A DNA stretch of 43,501 bases from Picochlorum sp. SENEW3 (lineage: Eukaryota), in the NCBI GenBank assembly GCA_034226945.1, contig CP120463.1:930001-973501 (forward strand), given 5' to 3'. How positions within the stretch are numbered: the stretch's first letter is position 1; each line of letters begins with the position of its first letter. This document shows positions 1-10,853 of the stretch, piece after piece. The notes below the pieces were generated by a model. That model was not told the origin of the DNA. It saw only the letters and a program-made list of their open reading frames with translations, and did no database searches. The translations under genes were made by a program, and so were the position numbers.

Positions 1-1599
1 AGTCAGAATCGGGGGCAATCTGAGGATAGAAATTTGCTTTGCTGCTCCAGATTTTGCATTGCAGTCTGTACACGTCCAGTTGTGAGTCCCCGAGTCCAAG
101 ATCTCAGGCGTGGTGAAACGCCTCAAGCATCCCAACAACGAGTCTCCAGGCCAATGAAGATATCCTACTAGGGATGGATGATTCCAATGAACCTTCTCCT
201 GGCATGGAGCCCCATTTTGGTCATCCTCATCTCGAAGATGTTTCCTGCCCGGGGAGGACAATGTATCATGAATATCGTCTATACCGGTCTCTGAAACTGT
301 CCTTACCGACGGGATATCCGATACATTCTGCAGAGCGCTCTGTGATGCCGAAACAGAAACTTGAGATGACCCAGACTTTGCCTGCTTGCTCCCCTTGCTT
401 CTCTTTGCACGTCGGATGGGCTTTGCCTTGGACTTTGCGACAATGGGCTGAGGAAGGAGGCCGGCGGGAGGCAAGACATCTAGCGACAAATGCGAAAACT
501 CGTCGTTTTGCACCGATGTTCTCCCGCACGCCTGACAGAATATGTGCGACTCCATCTGCCCAATGAAGAGGGTTGTAGCTATGCTGCTGGGGCCTGTCAA
601 CATTTGCAGGATGAAGAGGAAAAATTCGTGGGCATCCTGCTGCTTATAACCACTCAAAATCCCACCTGCCATCATCCACCAGGTATGTAAAAAGTTCACC
701 GGCGAATATGGAGTCCGCTCTCCACTGAAGACCTTGGAGATGACGGCATCCAACTCGCACTCAACACAGCGTCCTCCTTCCCCTGACACTCTACAATTCC
801 CTTTAAAATGCCTTCCTTGCAAATAATAGTCTCTAATCTTGGGAGTTCGGATAAATGCTTGGAGTATGGAATTCATGAAACACGTGTTGCCCATATTATT
901 CATTCCTCGAAGGCCCAGAGGCCATGTGTCCTTGTTGGACACATTCACAAACTCTTCACTCTTTACGTCAAGTGACTCGGACAGAATCACTTCATCATCT
1001 CCAGAATCTGACTTCCAATCTTCCGTCTGATGCGCACCACCGCTAACGCTGCCCTCTCCCTGGGCAGCCTTTGGCCCTCCACTGCTCGAGGTGACCAGAG
1101 GTGCCAAAGCTTGACCTGTGTCTTTGTTCCTCAATGCGTACATGACGACATCAAAATCATCTAGGTATACATAATCATCGCATTTAGTGCAATAGAGCTC
1201 CCTAAGCTTCCTATCAAGAAAAATATCGTGAGCTTTTGACCTTTTATTGCCGTGTTTCCTCGTGAGCTCCTTTGGTGTTTCAGCTACTAGCTGACAGTCC
1301 ACACACGCCATGGTGCTTCCAGGTATCACGGTCGCCGACAGCTCGCGTTTTGAAGCACTATTTCGGACAGAGTACGCGTCAGAACATGGCTCATTGCACT
1401 GGCACAGAAGCGTTGCAAGCAACTGTGTCAGTCTCTCGCCCTTTTCCTCCTTCCACGCCTGTACGTGAGGACAATGGGTGGGACCCACTAGTGGTGAGTT
1501 GACATTATTATTGTGTGAATCTTGTGTTTGAATTTCGCCTCCTATTCTCTTCGGGAAAGTTGTTACGCCATTGGCCTTCGAACGGCCCCTCACAGCCAT
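1..1599 (-). CDS. UBP22: Ubiquitin-specific protease, USP22/UBP22-like (zf-UBP plus peptidase C19), 3'-partial
   Basis: Not in the ORF track because it runs off the window. Manual minus-strand translation from ATG 1599 gives MAVRGRSKANG...CPHVQAWK...MACVDC...AHDIFLDRKLRELYCTKCDDYVY (zf-UBP), the Cys box PLGLRGMNNMGNTCFMNSILQA (~860-925) and GYKQQDAHEFF (~620-650). The start codon is inferred. Confidence 0.88.
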   Translation of the reverse strand, partial: MAVRGRSKANGVTTFPKRIGGEIQTQDSHNNNVNSPLVGPTHCPHVQAWKEEKGERLTQLLATLLCQCNEPCSDAYSVRNSASKRELSATVIPGSTMACVDCQLVAETPKELTRKHGNKRSKAHDIFLDRKLRELYCTKCDDYVYLDDFDVVMYALRNKDTGQALAPLVTSSSGGPKAAQGEGSVSGGAHQTEDWKSDSGDDEVILSESLDVKSEEFVNVSNKDTWPLGLRGMNNMGNTCFMNSILQAFIRTPKIRDYYLQGRHFKGNCRVSGEGGRCVECELDAVISKVFSGERTPYSPVNFLHTWWMMAGGILSGYKQQDAHEFFLFILQMLTGPSSIATTLFIGQMESHIFCQACGRTSVQNDEFSHLSLDVLPPAGLLPQPIVAKSKAKPIRRAKRSKGSKQAKSGSSQVSVSASQSALQNVSDIPSVRTVSETGIDDIHDTLSSPGRKHLRDEDDQNGAPCQEKVHWNHPSLVGYLHWPGDSLLGCLRRFTTPEILDSGTHNWTCTDCNAKSGAAKQISILRLPPILT

Positions 1600-1704
1600 T
1601 GCCGTCCTAAGCACCTATCGAGACGAATGCAGCATGTGAAGTAACCTTTACACACGGAAATAAACTTTAGGTCTTAATCGATATGGCAATGAGGGATCCC
1701 AGCC

Positions 1705-4700
1705 TCATGATCCTAGGGCCTTCATCAGGGCCTCCTGCTGTTTGGGCTTCAAGGCCCCGACGCAAGATTCGAAATGATCCGGGAAGGCGCCCCGCAATTG
1801 GTCGATCAAAGTAGCCATCTCAGGTACATCGTTAGTCTGTACCAGTTTCTCACCCGATCCAACAACTCTGATTAAGACTTCCATGATTTTGGGGAGATTT
1901 GAGTTGCCTTGACCGAGAATTCTGGAATCGTTGGCAGAAACGAGCCTCACCAGCTGCGGGTGCACAATCCGTGCTTCCTCCTCGTCTTCCACTAATGGCA
2001 GATTCTGCACAAATACTGTGCCCAACGATGGATCAGCAAGATTGGGATGAAATTCCAAAATATTTCCAAGCGCCCCTACGGCATTTTCTGTCGCCATTGT
2101 ATTATCAACTGAGCGGGCTGCTGGATCATTCAGCATTGCAAGAACTACTCGAATGGCATCTTGGACGTGGGGTTCGAAATCGAACTTTCTGTGCTCGGCC
2201 GCTCTTCCAAGCCCATATACACAACATTGTCGTATTCCAGCATCTGGATCACCTGCTCCGCTCAAAAGATATGGCAAGACTTGTTGCACATACTTGGCAG
2301 CACCGGCTGGGGAGTACTGAATGATGTCGTCCAGGACAATGAGAGCCACTCTTCTTTCTTCCGTGTATCTAGACTCTTTCATGAGCTCATAGAATGCAGG
2401 GAGCAGAGACTCGACAAAAGGAAGCGCGGCATCTCCATACAGCTTCAGAATTGTGGACAGGCAATTCCCCAGGGCATCCAAAAGTTCGCTTTCAGCCTCA
2501 TGCTCCTCCTCAAGGGCCTCCTCTTCCTCTGCATCAAAATCTTCTCCTTCAGTCCTTTCCATCCTAATCATCCTCCTTTCTTCGTAATCATTTAGAACAG
2601 TCTTGAACGCGTCAAATACTGGAGCCATGAGATCCAAGGGCATCAAAGCTGGGCCTTTGGCCACATCAACTAACTCGTCCACACTTGTCAACATTACTTG
2701 CACTACGTCTGGGTCTACTTCTTTCGCAAGAGAGTCCACTAGTTGCGGCCACATTCGGCCTAGCAGCTGTCTACAAGAATCTTCTGTTGGACCCATGCCC
2801 TTTCCAGCACCCTCAACATAGGACCTTAACAATTCTGACAACGTCTGTGCAGATGCTATCCGAATTTCCTCATTGAAGTAGAACTTCAAAAGCGGTATCA
2901 TTATTTCGGCGACTTGTTCAACGTAAGGACAAAATCCTTCTTTCAATTCATAGGCAAAGCAACACAGCATACTGCATGCAGTTGCCTTTTCTTCCAACGC
3001 AGATGTATGCAAACTGACCCTCTTTCCTGCAACAAAGAAAGTCTCCAGGTCTTCGTCACCATTGTCTGCCTCATCGTCTGCGTCATCCACTTTAAAATCG
3101 GGTTTCGCTGCCGCTATTTCTAGCATCTTTGGCATCATCACAGGCAAGTATGGTATGAAGTCCTGGCCGAGGGCAGTACAGATTCTGGCACCAGCCTGCA
3201 GCATATATGAGCCGAAAGGATCATCGTTTTCGATGCCCATATTCAGGACGTTTTGAATATATTGCATGATTCTACCGGCATCAGCAGCAAATCTTTCTTT
3301 TCCAACCGCCATCCCAACCAGGGAGATGCACTCCAATGCTTTAGCCCTCATCATCTGGTAGGATTTGTCGTTGGCATTCTCCAAAATATGCCTCAAAAGT
3401 GGAACGCAAGTATCGTAATATTTGATGAAATAGTCGCCCGAGCAGTCCGCAATGGAGGCCATTGCTGTAAGTGCACCCTCTTGTACATTCTTACGCCCCT
3501 TCTGCAATAGCACAAGAATCTTAGTGATGAGGTCGTCCAAATACGGTGCCATCACATCCTGATCGCAGCTTTCCGCGAAATTGACGATCGCCGCACATGA
3601 GTGGGCCTGTACCCGTGGGTTGTCAAAGTCGTCCATCAGCCCAATCAATCCCCTCAGGACTGTCTCATGATGAGACTCCTGCAACTCTGGGCCTAAATCG
3701 GTGCAAAGCTGACCTAACGCCTGGCAAGAAGCCCATCGAACTTTTGGATGAGGATCACTGGTACCCTTGATGCACATAGCGACGAGCTCTGACATGACTG
3801 GCTCTTGTTTCATGACCCTCTCGCAGCCCTCTGCAATCTGAGCGAGGCCAACAAGAGCAGCATGTCGCTTTCTCCAGTCTCCATCCGCCATCAATAATGA
3901 AAAAGACTGTCCAGCCACTGGAAGCATTGATTTTCCCCCGATGGAGATCGATATCCGGTCAAGACATTCCTGCCCGAATTCAAAGAGTTCTGTTTCGCCA
4001 GCATCTTCAAACTTCTCATCCTCGGCTGAGTGCCACTCTGGATCGTCCTCTATCTCTAGCAAAAATGCTACGCAGCAATTGAAGAGTTGCTGCACAAGCT
4101 GAGGAAGCTTTCGCATCATTCCTGGGGCTTTATCTCGAGCCTCGCACAATGTGACCAAAAATTCAGCCGCCAGACGCCTAGTGCCATCATCTAATGAGTC
4201 CGCCTCCGCTATCTTGATCATCGCACCAGCAACCTCATTAATTTGCTTCCTCAAGAATCGCGGGTGCTCGTCTGCCACCTCAATCAACCTCTCAACCGCA
4301 GTATTTGCAGCAATCTCATCCCCAGAATTGAGTGCATCCCCAAGAACCCCCAACAGGGCAGGAACCAAAGACTGGAATTTTTCTCTATCAGATTGCTTTT
4401 CCAGACATCCTATAAAAGTTGTGGTAGCACTGAATGCAGCTATTTTCACATCCAGGGACGGATTCGAGAGACCAGCAGACAGTGCTCCATGGATGGTTCC
4501 CAGATATTGTGCCAGTTGGTCTATAGAAAACCGGGCCAACTGATCAAAAACTAAAAATGCGCTCTCAGCATGACCTGTATTTCCCGATTGAACGCATTGA
4601 AAAATGAAAGGAAGCAATTCTGGCCAACCCTGACTTTCCTTTTGAAAAATCTCTGCTGCATGCTGCGTCACTTGGTCAGTCTCCTTCTCTACATTCAGCC

Positions 4701-5185
4701 TCTTCATAACTTCGATTTTGACTTCGTCAAATATTTCAGCAGCTATTTCACTCACGCTGTCGCAAACCTTTTTCGTGATGCTCCGCTCTGGCTCGTGCTG
4801 CAGACACGCCAGCAGTTCGCCCTTGATCGTCTGCTTCACAGGCGCAGAGATTTTCGGCCACAACGGTTCATCTCGCGTTAACACCTACAGCAACAAGAAT
4901 AATCAAACTGCCATCAGGACAAATTCGAATGAACAGGACCACTAGGCAGTATTCAGAGCATACCCGTCGCAACAAGACAGCAGACAAACTTCGCAACTCG
5001 GCCCTATCAGCAGACCTCAGACCACGAATTAAATGGTTAGCACAGACATCTGGGCTGTTCTGAAGCTCTTGAAATGCTTTTTCTCCATGTGATCTCTGCT
5101 CGTTGTCAGTCGCCATGAGCATTTGCAGCAGCGTTTCGAACGCAACAGCGTCTCCGCCGTGTAGGGCGGTCATTATGTCCGCCAT
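1705..5185 (-). CDS. IPO5: Importin-5 / importin beta-3 (Kap121/Pse1-like HEAT-repeat karyopherin)
   Basis: Exons 5185-4964 (MADIMTALHGG...LSAVLLRR) and 4884-1705, joined by a GTATGC...CTGTAG intron at 4963-4885. Motifs WPELLPF, ECLDRIS, WRKRHAAL, HPKVRWA, RAKALECISLVGMAVGKERF and LEEKATAC are typical of importin-5. Confidence 0.95.
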
Positions 5186-5766
5186 GATTCCAGTCAAAAT
5201 TATAAATGGGTTATGAATGCTGAGTCTCCAGGTTCTTCGGACCGGTATCAGATACCATCGGCGACAACAGAAAATTGAAATATGCGTAAGCAGCCCGGTC
5301 ACATTATTCGCCTGATGGGCCCATCCAGACGGGGATGACCCACCTGTATTTTCCGAGGCGCCCACCAGCAAACGGACGAAAAAGGAGACACAGGACACAC
5401 ATTAATTGCCGATGCATATGCCTGGATAACGGCACTGTTAGCATGTTGGGGATCAACCACTTTTTGGCGCACCCAACCAACCTACAGGATCTGTAGGATC
5501 AGATCCAACGTGCCCCTGCCGAATGTGATGGCCAGGACCTGGTCAGGAAATTGCCAGTAGCAGGCGCATCAGTCTCTTCCTCCGTTCAACTCAACACTGT
5601 GGGCAATTCATTATCATTATTATATTTTATCTGGAATTCATGTACATTTGAGAGTGTCTAGTGCACGATCTTGGCGAATAGATTTGAATATACCATAGGA
5701 GAGGCTGAAAGTTGTCAGCCAGATCGAAACCTGCGCTGACTCCTTGAATCGATCTCAAAGCGAACG

Positions 5767-8218
5767 ATGATGCGCGCCTTGTTCAAGCTCTCATCTTTAA
5801 TCTTATTGCTGGCAATCTCTGTCACAGCTCAAGAGGTAGGTGAAGGCATACCATGTTGCCTCCTGGTGGGGAGGGGTTCGAAGATCGAATCTGGGGTGGC
5901 CTTGAATTTCTCCATCCATCGCTAGCGGGGCAAAGTTCTAATCTTCGTGTCTATATTTTGTTTACAGACGAATGAGCAGAAGAAATTGAGAGAGATTGCC
6001 GTCAAAGAGGCGATGCGAACCCTGTCGTCTGGGCGTGTGGTACGTGTGGTCAACTTGAATTTGAGCGTACTGGCCCCATCATAGGGCCTCTTGGATGGGT
6101 AGAGGCTGTATACCTGCCATCGCCGCAGTGCCCCTCCTGTAGGGAACACGTGTGCCACTCGTCACCATTGCGTCTCTGAGTATTCATTACATGAAATTTT
6201 TATGTGTGTAGGTTGCCATGAATGCAACGGAGCATCCAATGTTCGAGTACGTGGTCAGCAAGATTGAGTTTATCCTGAACAAAGAAGCAGCTATTGAGGA
6301 GTGGAAGGGCATAGATCCTCCGGAGGAGGAGGAGGAGAGATTCTCCAGTAGGAGAAGGCTTCAGGCAGATGATAGCTGCAGGAAACCAGCACGAGCACTC
6401 AAGTCCAGGAAAACGTGCAGGCAGTTCAAAAACAAGGCATACCTTGGCAAGCTCATCAAGGTTGTGAAAAGCATTTCATCACCAGATAAATGCTGCGCTG
6501 CCTGCGGCAGGAGGAGAGATTGTGCCGCATGGACACTCAAGCCAAAGTCTACTGGTAAGATTAGAGGATGCTACTTGCGAAGAGCGGGGTACAAGAGAAG
6601 TATCACCAAGAAGGGATACTGGTCAGGATATATTGGAGATGCCAGGCAACCATCGTCTCCCCCACCCTCGGGTAATGACGCGTATGAAGCACCACCACTT
6701 CCATCCACAGGCAATGACGCGTATGAAGCACCACCACTTCCATCTACCGGCGATGAGCCCTCGTGGATGGATGACTTTTGGACTGCCTCGCCACCACCTC
6801 CACCACCACCCAACGACATCTACGAGTTTGGACCCACAGATTCCCCAAATTTACCATCTGGGACACAAAAGTACAAAGAAATTCTCGATTTGACATGGAT
6901 GTTTTACGAGGCACAGAGAAGTGGACAGGAACCATCCTGGAATCGAATTGATTGGAGAGGTACATCCCATACAACTGACAAGGTACCAGGTGGATGGCAT
7001 GATGCAGGAGATACCCTCAAGCTCTCCTTCCCATTGGCCTCGAGCTTGGTCTTCATTGGACAGGGATTTATCGAATTTCCAAAGTCATACTCCGGAAGCA
7101 CAAAGACCCACGCCCTCAGGAATTACAGGATAGCCGTGCAGTACTTGTATGACTGCTTAGACAAAAATGCTGGGACATTCGTGGGCCAAATTGGTGATCC
7201 TAAGATTGATCACAATTATTGGGGTCGACCAGAGGAACAAAGAATCCCTAGACCTGCATACATTTATAAAAAGGACTCCATGCCTGCTGCAGACTTGTAT
7301 GGAGCTGCCTCAGCAGCATTGGCAGCGGCATCCATTGTGTTCAAAAAGGAAGGAGAAACTAGATTTGCTTCAGACCTGCTCGATGCTTCAAAGACATTGT
7401 ACTCCTGGGGAGATGGCAGGCCGGGGCGCTACAGCAATTACTATAAAGACCAAACCAAAATATACAAATCAGGAGATTCTGATGACAGTATGGCAGCAGC
7501 TGCAGGGTGGTTGTTCAGAGCTACCGAAGACTACGACTGGCTGAGGAAAGCAGAGTCGTACTGGGATTACAGTGCGGCAGATGTGTATCCATGCTGGGAC
7601 TCTTTGTGGGCTCCTCATGCAGTCCACATGGTTTCCTTGGCAGACAAGGGTATTGGCGTCCCAGGCATCACAGAATACAGACGTTACTTGGATAACAAGT
7701 TCTACCGCGCTTGGCTGAAAGCTGATGGCTATCAGTCTATTATCAAGACGCCTAAAGGAATGCACTATCCTAAGTGGAATGCATGGGCAAATCTTCAATT
7801 CTCCACAACCTCTGCATCCTTAGCCTTGATCACCGCAAAGTACACCAAGGACACCGCCAAGAGATCGTCATTGATAAATTTTGCTAGGAGCCAAGTTGAT
7901 TATGCCATTGGAGGGAATGGAATCCGCAGTTATGTCATTGGATATGGGTATAACTACCCAAAGAACCCTCACCATGCCCCTGCATCCTGCCCAGATCTTC
8001 CTGCTCCATGTGGAAAGGCAGCATTCAGATCCCCAGATCCAAACCCACAAATTTTGTATGGTGCAATGGTTGCAGGACCAGGCGGAGTGAGGAAAGATCC
8101 GAATAATCCTGATGAAGCATATTGGGACAAGCGTGATGACTACGTCACGAATGAGGTTGCTGTAGACTACAATGCCGGCCTTGGCGCTGCTCTTGCTGGT
8201 TTGCGTGAGCTTTTGTAG
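5767..8218 (+). CDS. Secreted GH9 endo-1,4-beta-glucanase with N-terminal PAN/apple-like domain and Pro-rich linker
   Basis: Exons 5767-5835 (signal-peptide-like MMRALFKLSSLILLLAISVTAQE), 5968-6039 and 6212-8218, with in-frame GT-AG introns. GH9 motifs GGWHDAGD, NPHHAPASC and YWDKRDDYVTNEVAVDYNAG. A Cys-rich PAN-like module (CCAACGRRRDCAAWT...CYL) and an SPPPP linker precede the catalytic domain. Confidence 0.92.
6671..6757 (+). repeat. In-frame 39-bp tandem repeat (GNDAYEAPPLPST x2 plus partial) in the GH9 linker
   Basis: ggtaatgacgcgtatgaagcaccaccacttccatccaca at 6671, near-identical copy at 6710, partial copy at 6749. Confidence 0.9.
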
Positions 8219-8398
8219 GCCTCCTGCCCATGAATAACGTAAGCTGAAGGAATCATAATCAATCGTGACATTGTGCATTCAGGATTGACCAATTTTACTT
8301 ATTATTATTCAAACTATAGGGTATATGTATATACAATATAGTATATACAATGTCATCAAGTTAAATTGTAATAATATTATTATAACTCTTTATAATAT

Positions 8399-10189
8399 TT
8401 ATAATATCTCGGAGGCAATCCTCAACAGTTCTGCTTTGAATCTTTCAACATCATTTGCCATAATCTCCATGACGCTTGTGTCAAAGAGATCATGCCACGA
8501 CTGTGCCCCAACATCTTCTGCTGCTTGAACAAAAGCGGATCCCAGCTTGTTTCCCTCTCCAGGAGCACAGACTTGGAACCCAACCACCAAGCAGCGACCA
8601 CTCTCATCTTTTGGTGCGACAAGCACAACAGGCTTCCTTTTGCTTGTTTGGCTCTGATGATAATACTGTTCCTGCAAGAATTCTGCCATTCTTTGCAACG
8701 CTACTGGGTGCACCAGGAGATTTTGATTCGTGAGCTTATGTTCCGAAAGGTCGAACACTCTAAATGATCGGAAGTTGTGATACAGCCTTTGAGCAATCAC
8801 TGCCCCGCCATCCGTGACCAATGCAGTCTGCAACTTTTTTGCCAACTCCAGTCCCTTTCTAAGTTCTTTCGAGTCATTGCTCCAGCTAAGAGCGTTCCAG
8901 CATCTCCAAAACCTATCAATGTGTGACGATCCGTCTGTTTCCGACTTTCTCGAGCCACACTCTAACAGTGCCGACAGGGCATGCACAATATCTACGGCCA
9001 TGACACATCTATTAAACCCATCCTGGAGCTGGAAGGAGTGAAACATGCAATCGCCCAGATTGTACGACATTCCATGCAGAGCCAGCTGCTCCTGTAATCT
9101 TCGGTGATATAGAGGTTTCATATCGAATTGGAAAGAGCTTTTCGCTTCACGCAGAGGTATTCCAATCTTAGCAAGGAGGAACTCAAGCCTCTCCCTGCCC
9201 TTCTCCGAATATGTTTGGAGTCGTGCTGCTACGTAGGGCGAATTCATCATTGCATCCCACAACGTCCATTCCCTGACGAGACCGAACCTATAGTCATCCT
9301 CGCGTGCGATTCGACAGATAGGCTTTGATGTTGTGGCACCTTCCTCCAATCCATCTTCTCTCTGGATTTCCCCGGGATCATCCAGGTGACCAGCAGATGC
9401 AACGTGATTTTCGTATTGTACGTAGTATGACTCATACTTGGAAGCCGGCATCTTATTATGAATCAAATAGTCGGTCAGTCCAACGATAGCGAGCCACAAG
9501 AAGTATGATGATTCCTGCCGTAAATGGTAGGCCAAGTCATACAAGACACAGGAAGTAGGCTTCCCGTAATGCATACCCGCCTGATAGTACGCTGCCCGCC
9601 TCACTGCCGCCGACTGTGCATGAGAAGATTTTTCACCCCTCCCTCCTGAAGCGTCGCCCTCTACTACATTCATCCCATCCGTATTCTCCGGATATGACGG
9701 ACTGTGTCCATCCTCATCCATGCCCTCACCAAACGCAAAGGGTATATCCTCCAGCGAGATCCCTTCCGACTCGGCGTCCATAATAACATACACCTGACTC
9801 TGTGGATCGTTATCGTTAGCCACATGCATCACCGGGCGGTGAGAATCGAAGATGATGACACACACGTTGGGTCTTCTCCCCAGATCTAGAATCTTGCCCA
9901 CATCCTCTGAGGCTCCACAATTCAACAAAATGATATACCGCACAACCTCGTCCTCGTCGTCATACGCCCGCATGAAGTCATCCACAATCTCCTGATAGCG
10001 ACTCACAGGAAGCCACCCGTGAGGAATCATTTCGTTCTGGAACATGGACTCCAAAATCCTCAGCGCACACGTGGAGTCCGCATCCGACGCTGACACGTAT
10101 ATATGCACATGCTTCTCCGCACTTTTCCTAGTCTCTAGCCGTAAGGCCTCGAATAACTTGACCCACTGGTCGGAATCCGTCAAAATCAT
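8399..10189 (-). CDS. CDC45: DNA replication initiation factor CDC45
   Basis: MILTDSDQW... start at 10189. SDADSTCALRIL, IILLNCGA, IFDSHRPV, LWLAIVGLTD and LLAKIGIPL are CDC45 family motifs. Confidence 0.93.
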   Translation of the reverse strand: MILTDSDQWVKLFEALRLETRKSAEKHVHIYVSASDADSTCALRILESMFQNEMIPHGWLPVSRYQEIVDDFMRAYDDEDEVVRYIILLNCGASEDVGKILDLGRRPNVCVIIFDSHRPVMHVANDNDPQSQVYVIMDAESEGISLEDIPFAFGEGMDEDGHSPSYPENTDGMNVVEGDASGGRGEKSSHAQSAAVRRAAYYQAGMHYGKPTSCVLYDLAYHLRQESSYFLWLAIVGLTDYLIHNKMPASKYESYYVQYENHVASAGHLDDPGEIQREDGLEEGATTSKPICRIAREDDYRFGLVREWTLWDAMMNSPYVAARLQTYSEKGRERLEFLLAKIGIPLREAKSSFQFDMKPLYHRRLQEQLALHGMSYNLGDCMFHSFQLQDGFNRCVMAVDIVHALSALLECGSRKSETDGSSHIDRFWRCWNALSWSNDSKELRKGLELAKKLQTALVTDGGAVIAQRLYHNFRSFRVFDLSEHKLTNQNLLVHPVALQRMAEFLQEQYYHQSQTSKRKPVVLVAPKDESGRCLVVGFQVCAPGEGNKLGSAFVQAAEDVGAQSWHDLFDTSVMEIMANDVERFKAELLRIASEIL

Positions 10190-10853
10190 AAAGAACCCGT
10201 GGAACAAAATTCAAACCTTGCGACCAAGAGGCTGTTCTCAACTCGTACCACTGCCCCAGATAACGTGCGCTAATAAACCATATATAAATGAAAAATGAAT
10301 CGAGACCGGATGGTGACAAATACACCACGTGCAACCCTGATACACCCTGCGCCTGCCCCTCACAGTAACAACCTCTATTTTTCACGCGACAGCGCGGTAC
10401 ATGAACAATAGATGCTGTAAAACAGTATTGTAGTCACTAATATGTATTATATAGTCGCAGCTGTGCAGTCTTGTGGCTGTATATCGCAGGCTGCAATTTG
10501 AATTACGTGGTCGATCGACCTATATAGACAGGCCTGTCCTGTCAAACCAACCCCTCAACCGACGGTATCAACACATCTTTTATTTCATTCACGGGAGAGC
10601 ATCAGGTCTCTGTTTGGTGAAACATAAACTCAAACATCCATCAGCGTAACGTATATAAACGTGATAAATACCTTGCGTACATGCAGCTCTTGGGAAGAGA
10701 TTCCATCACCGTTGAACGCGGCATGTCCGTTGCAGACGCGATGCACGACAACTGACAGCACGGGATTCCTTGAGGGCTTGCTTTTTCCTAAGATACTTTT
10801 AATTTGTTTCGTGAGTTATATTGTGTGGCGGGGAGGTGTTTGGCTCGCGTGGA

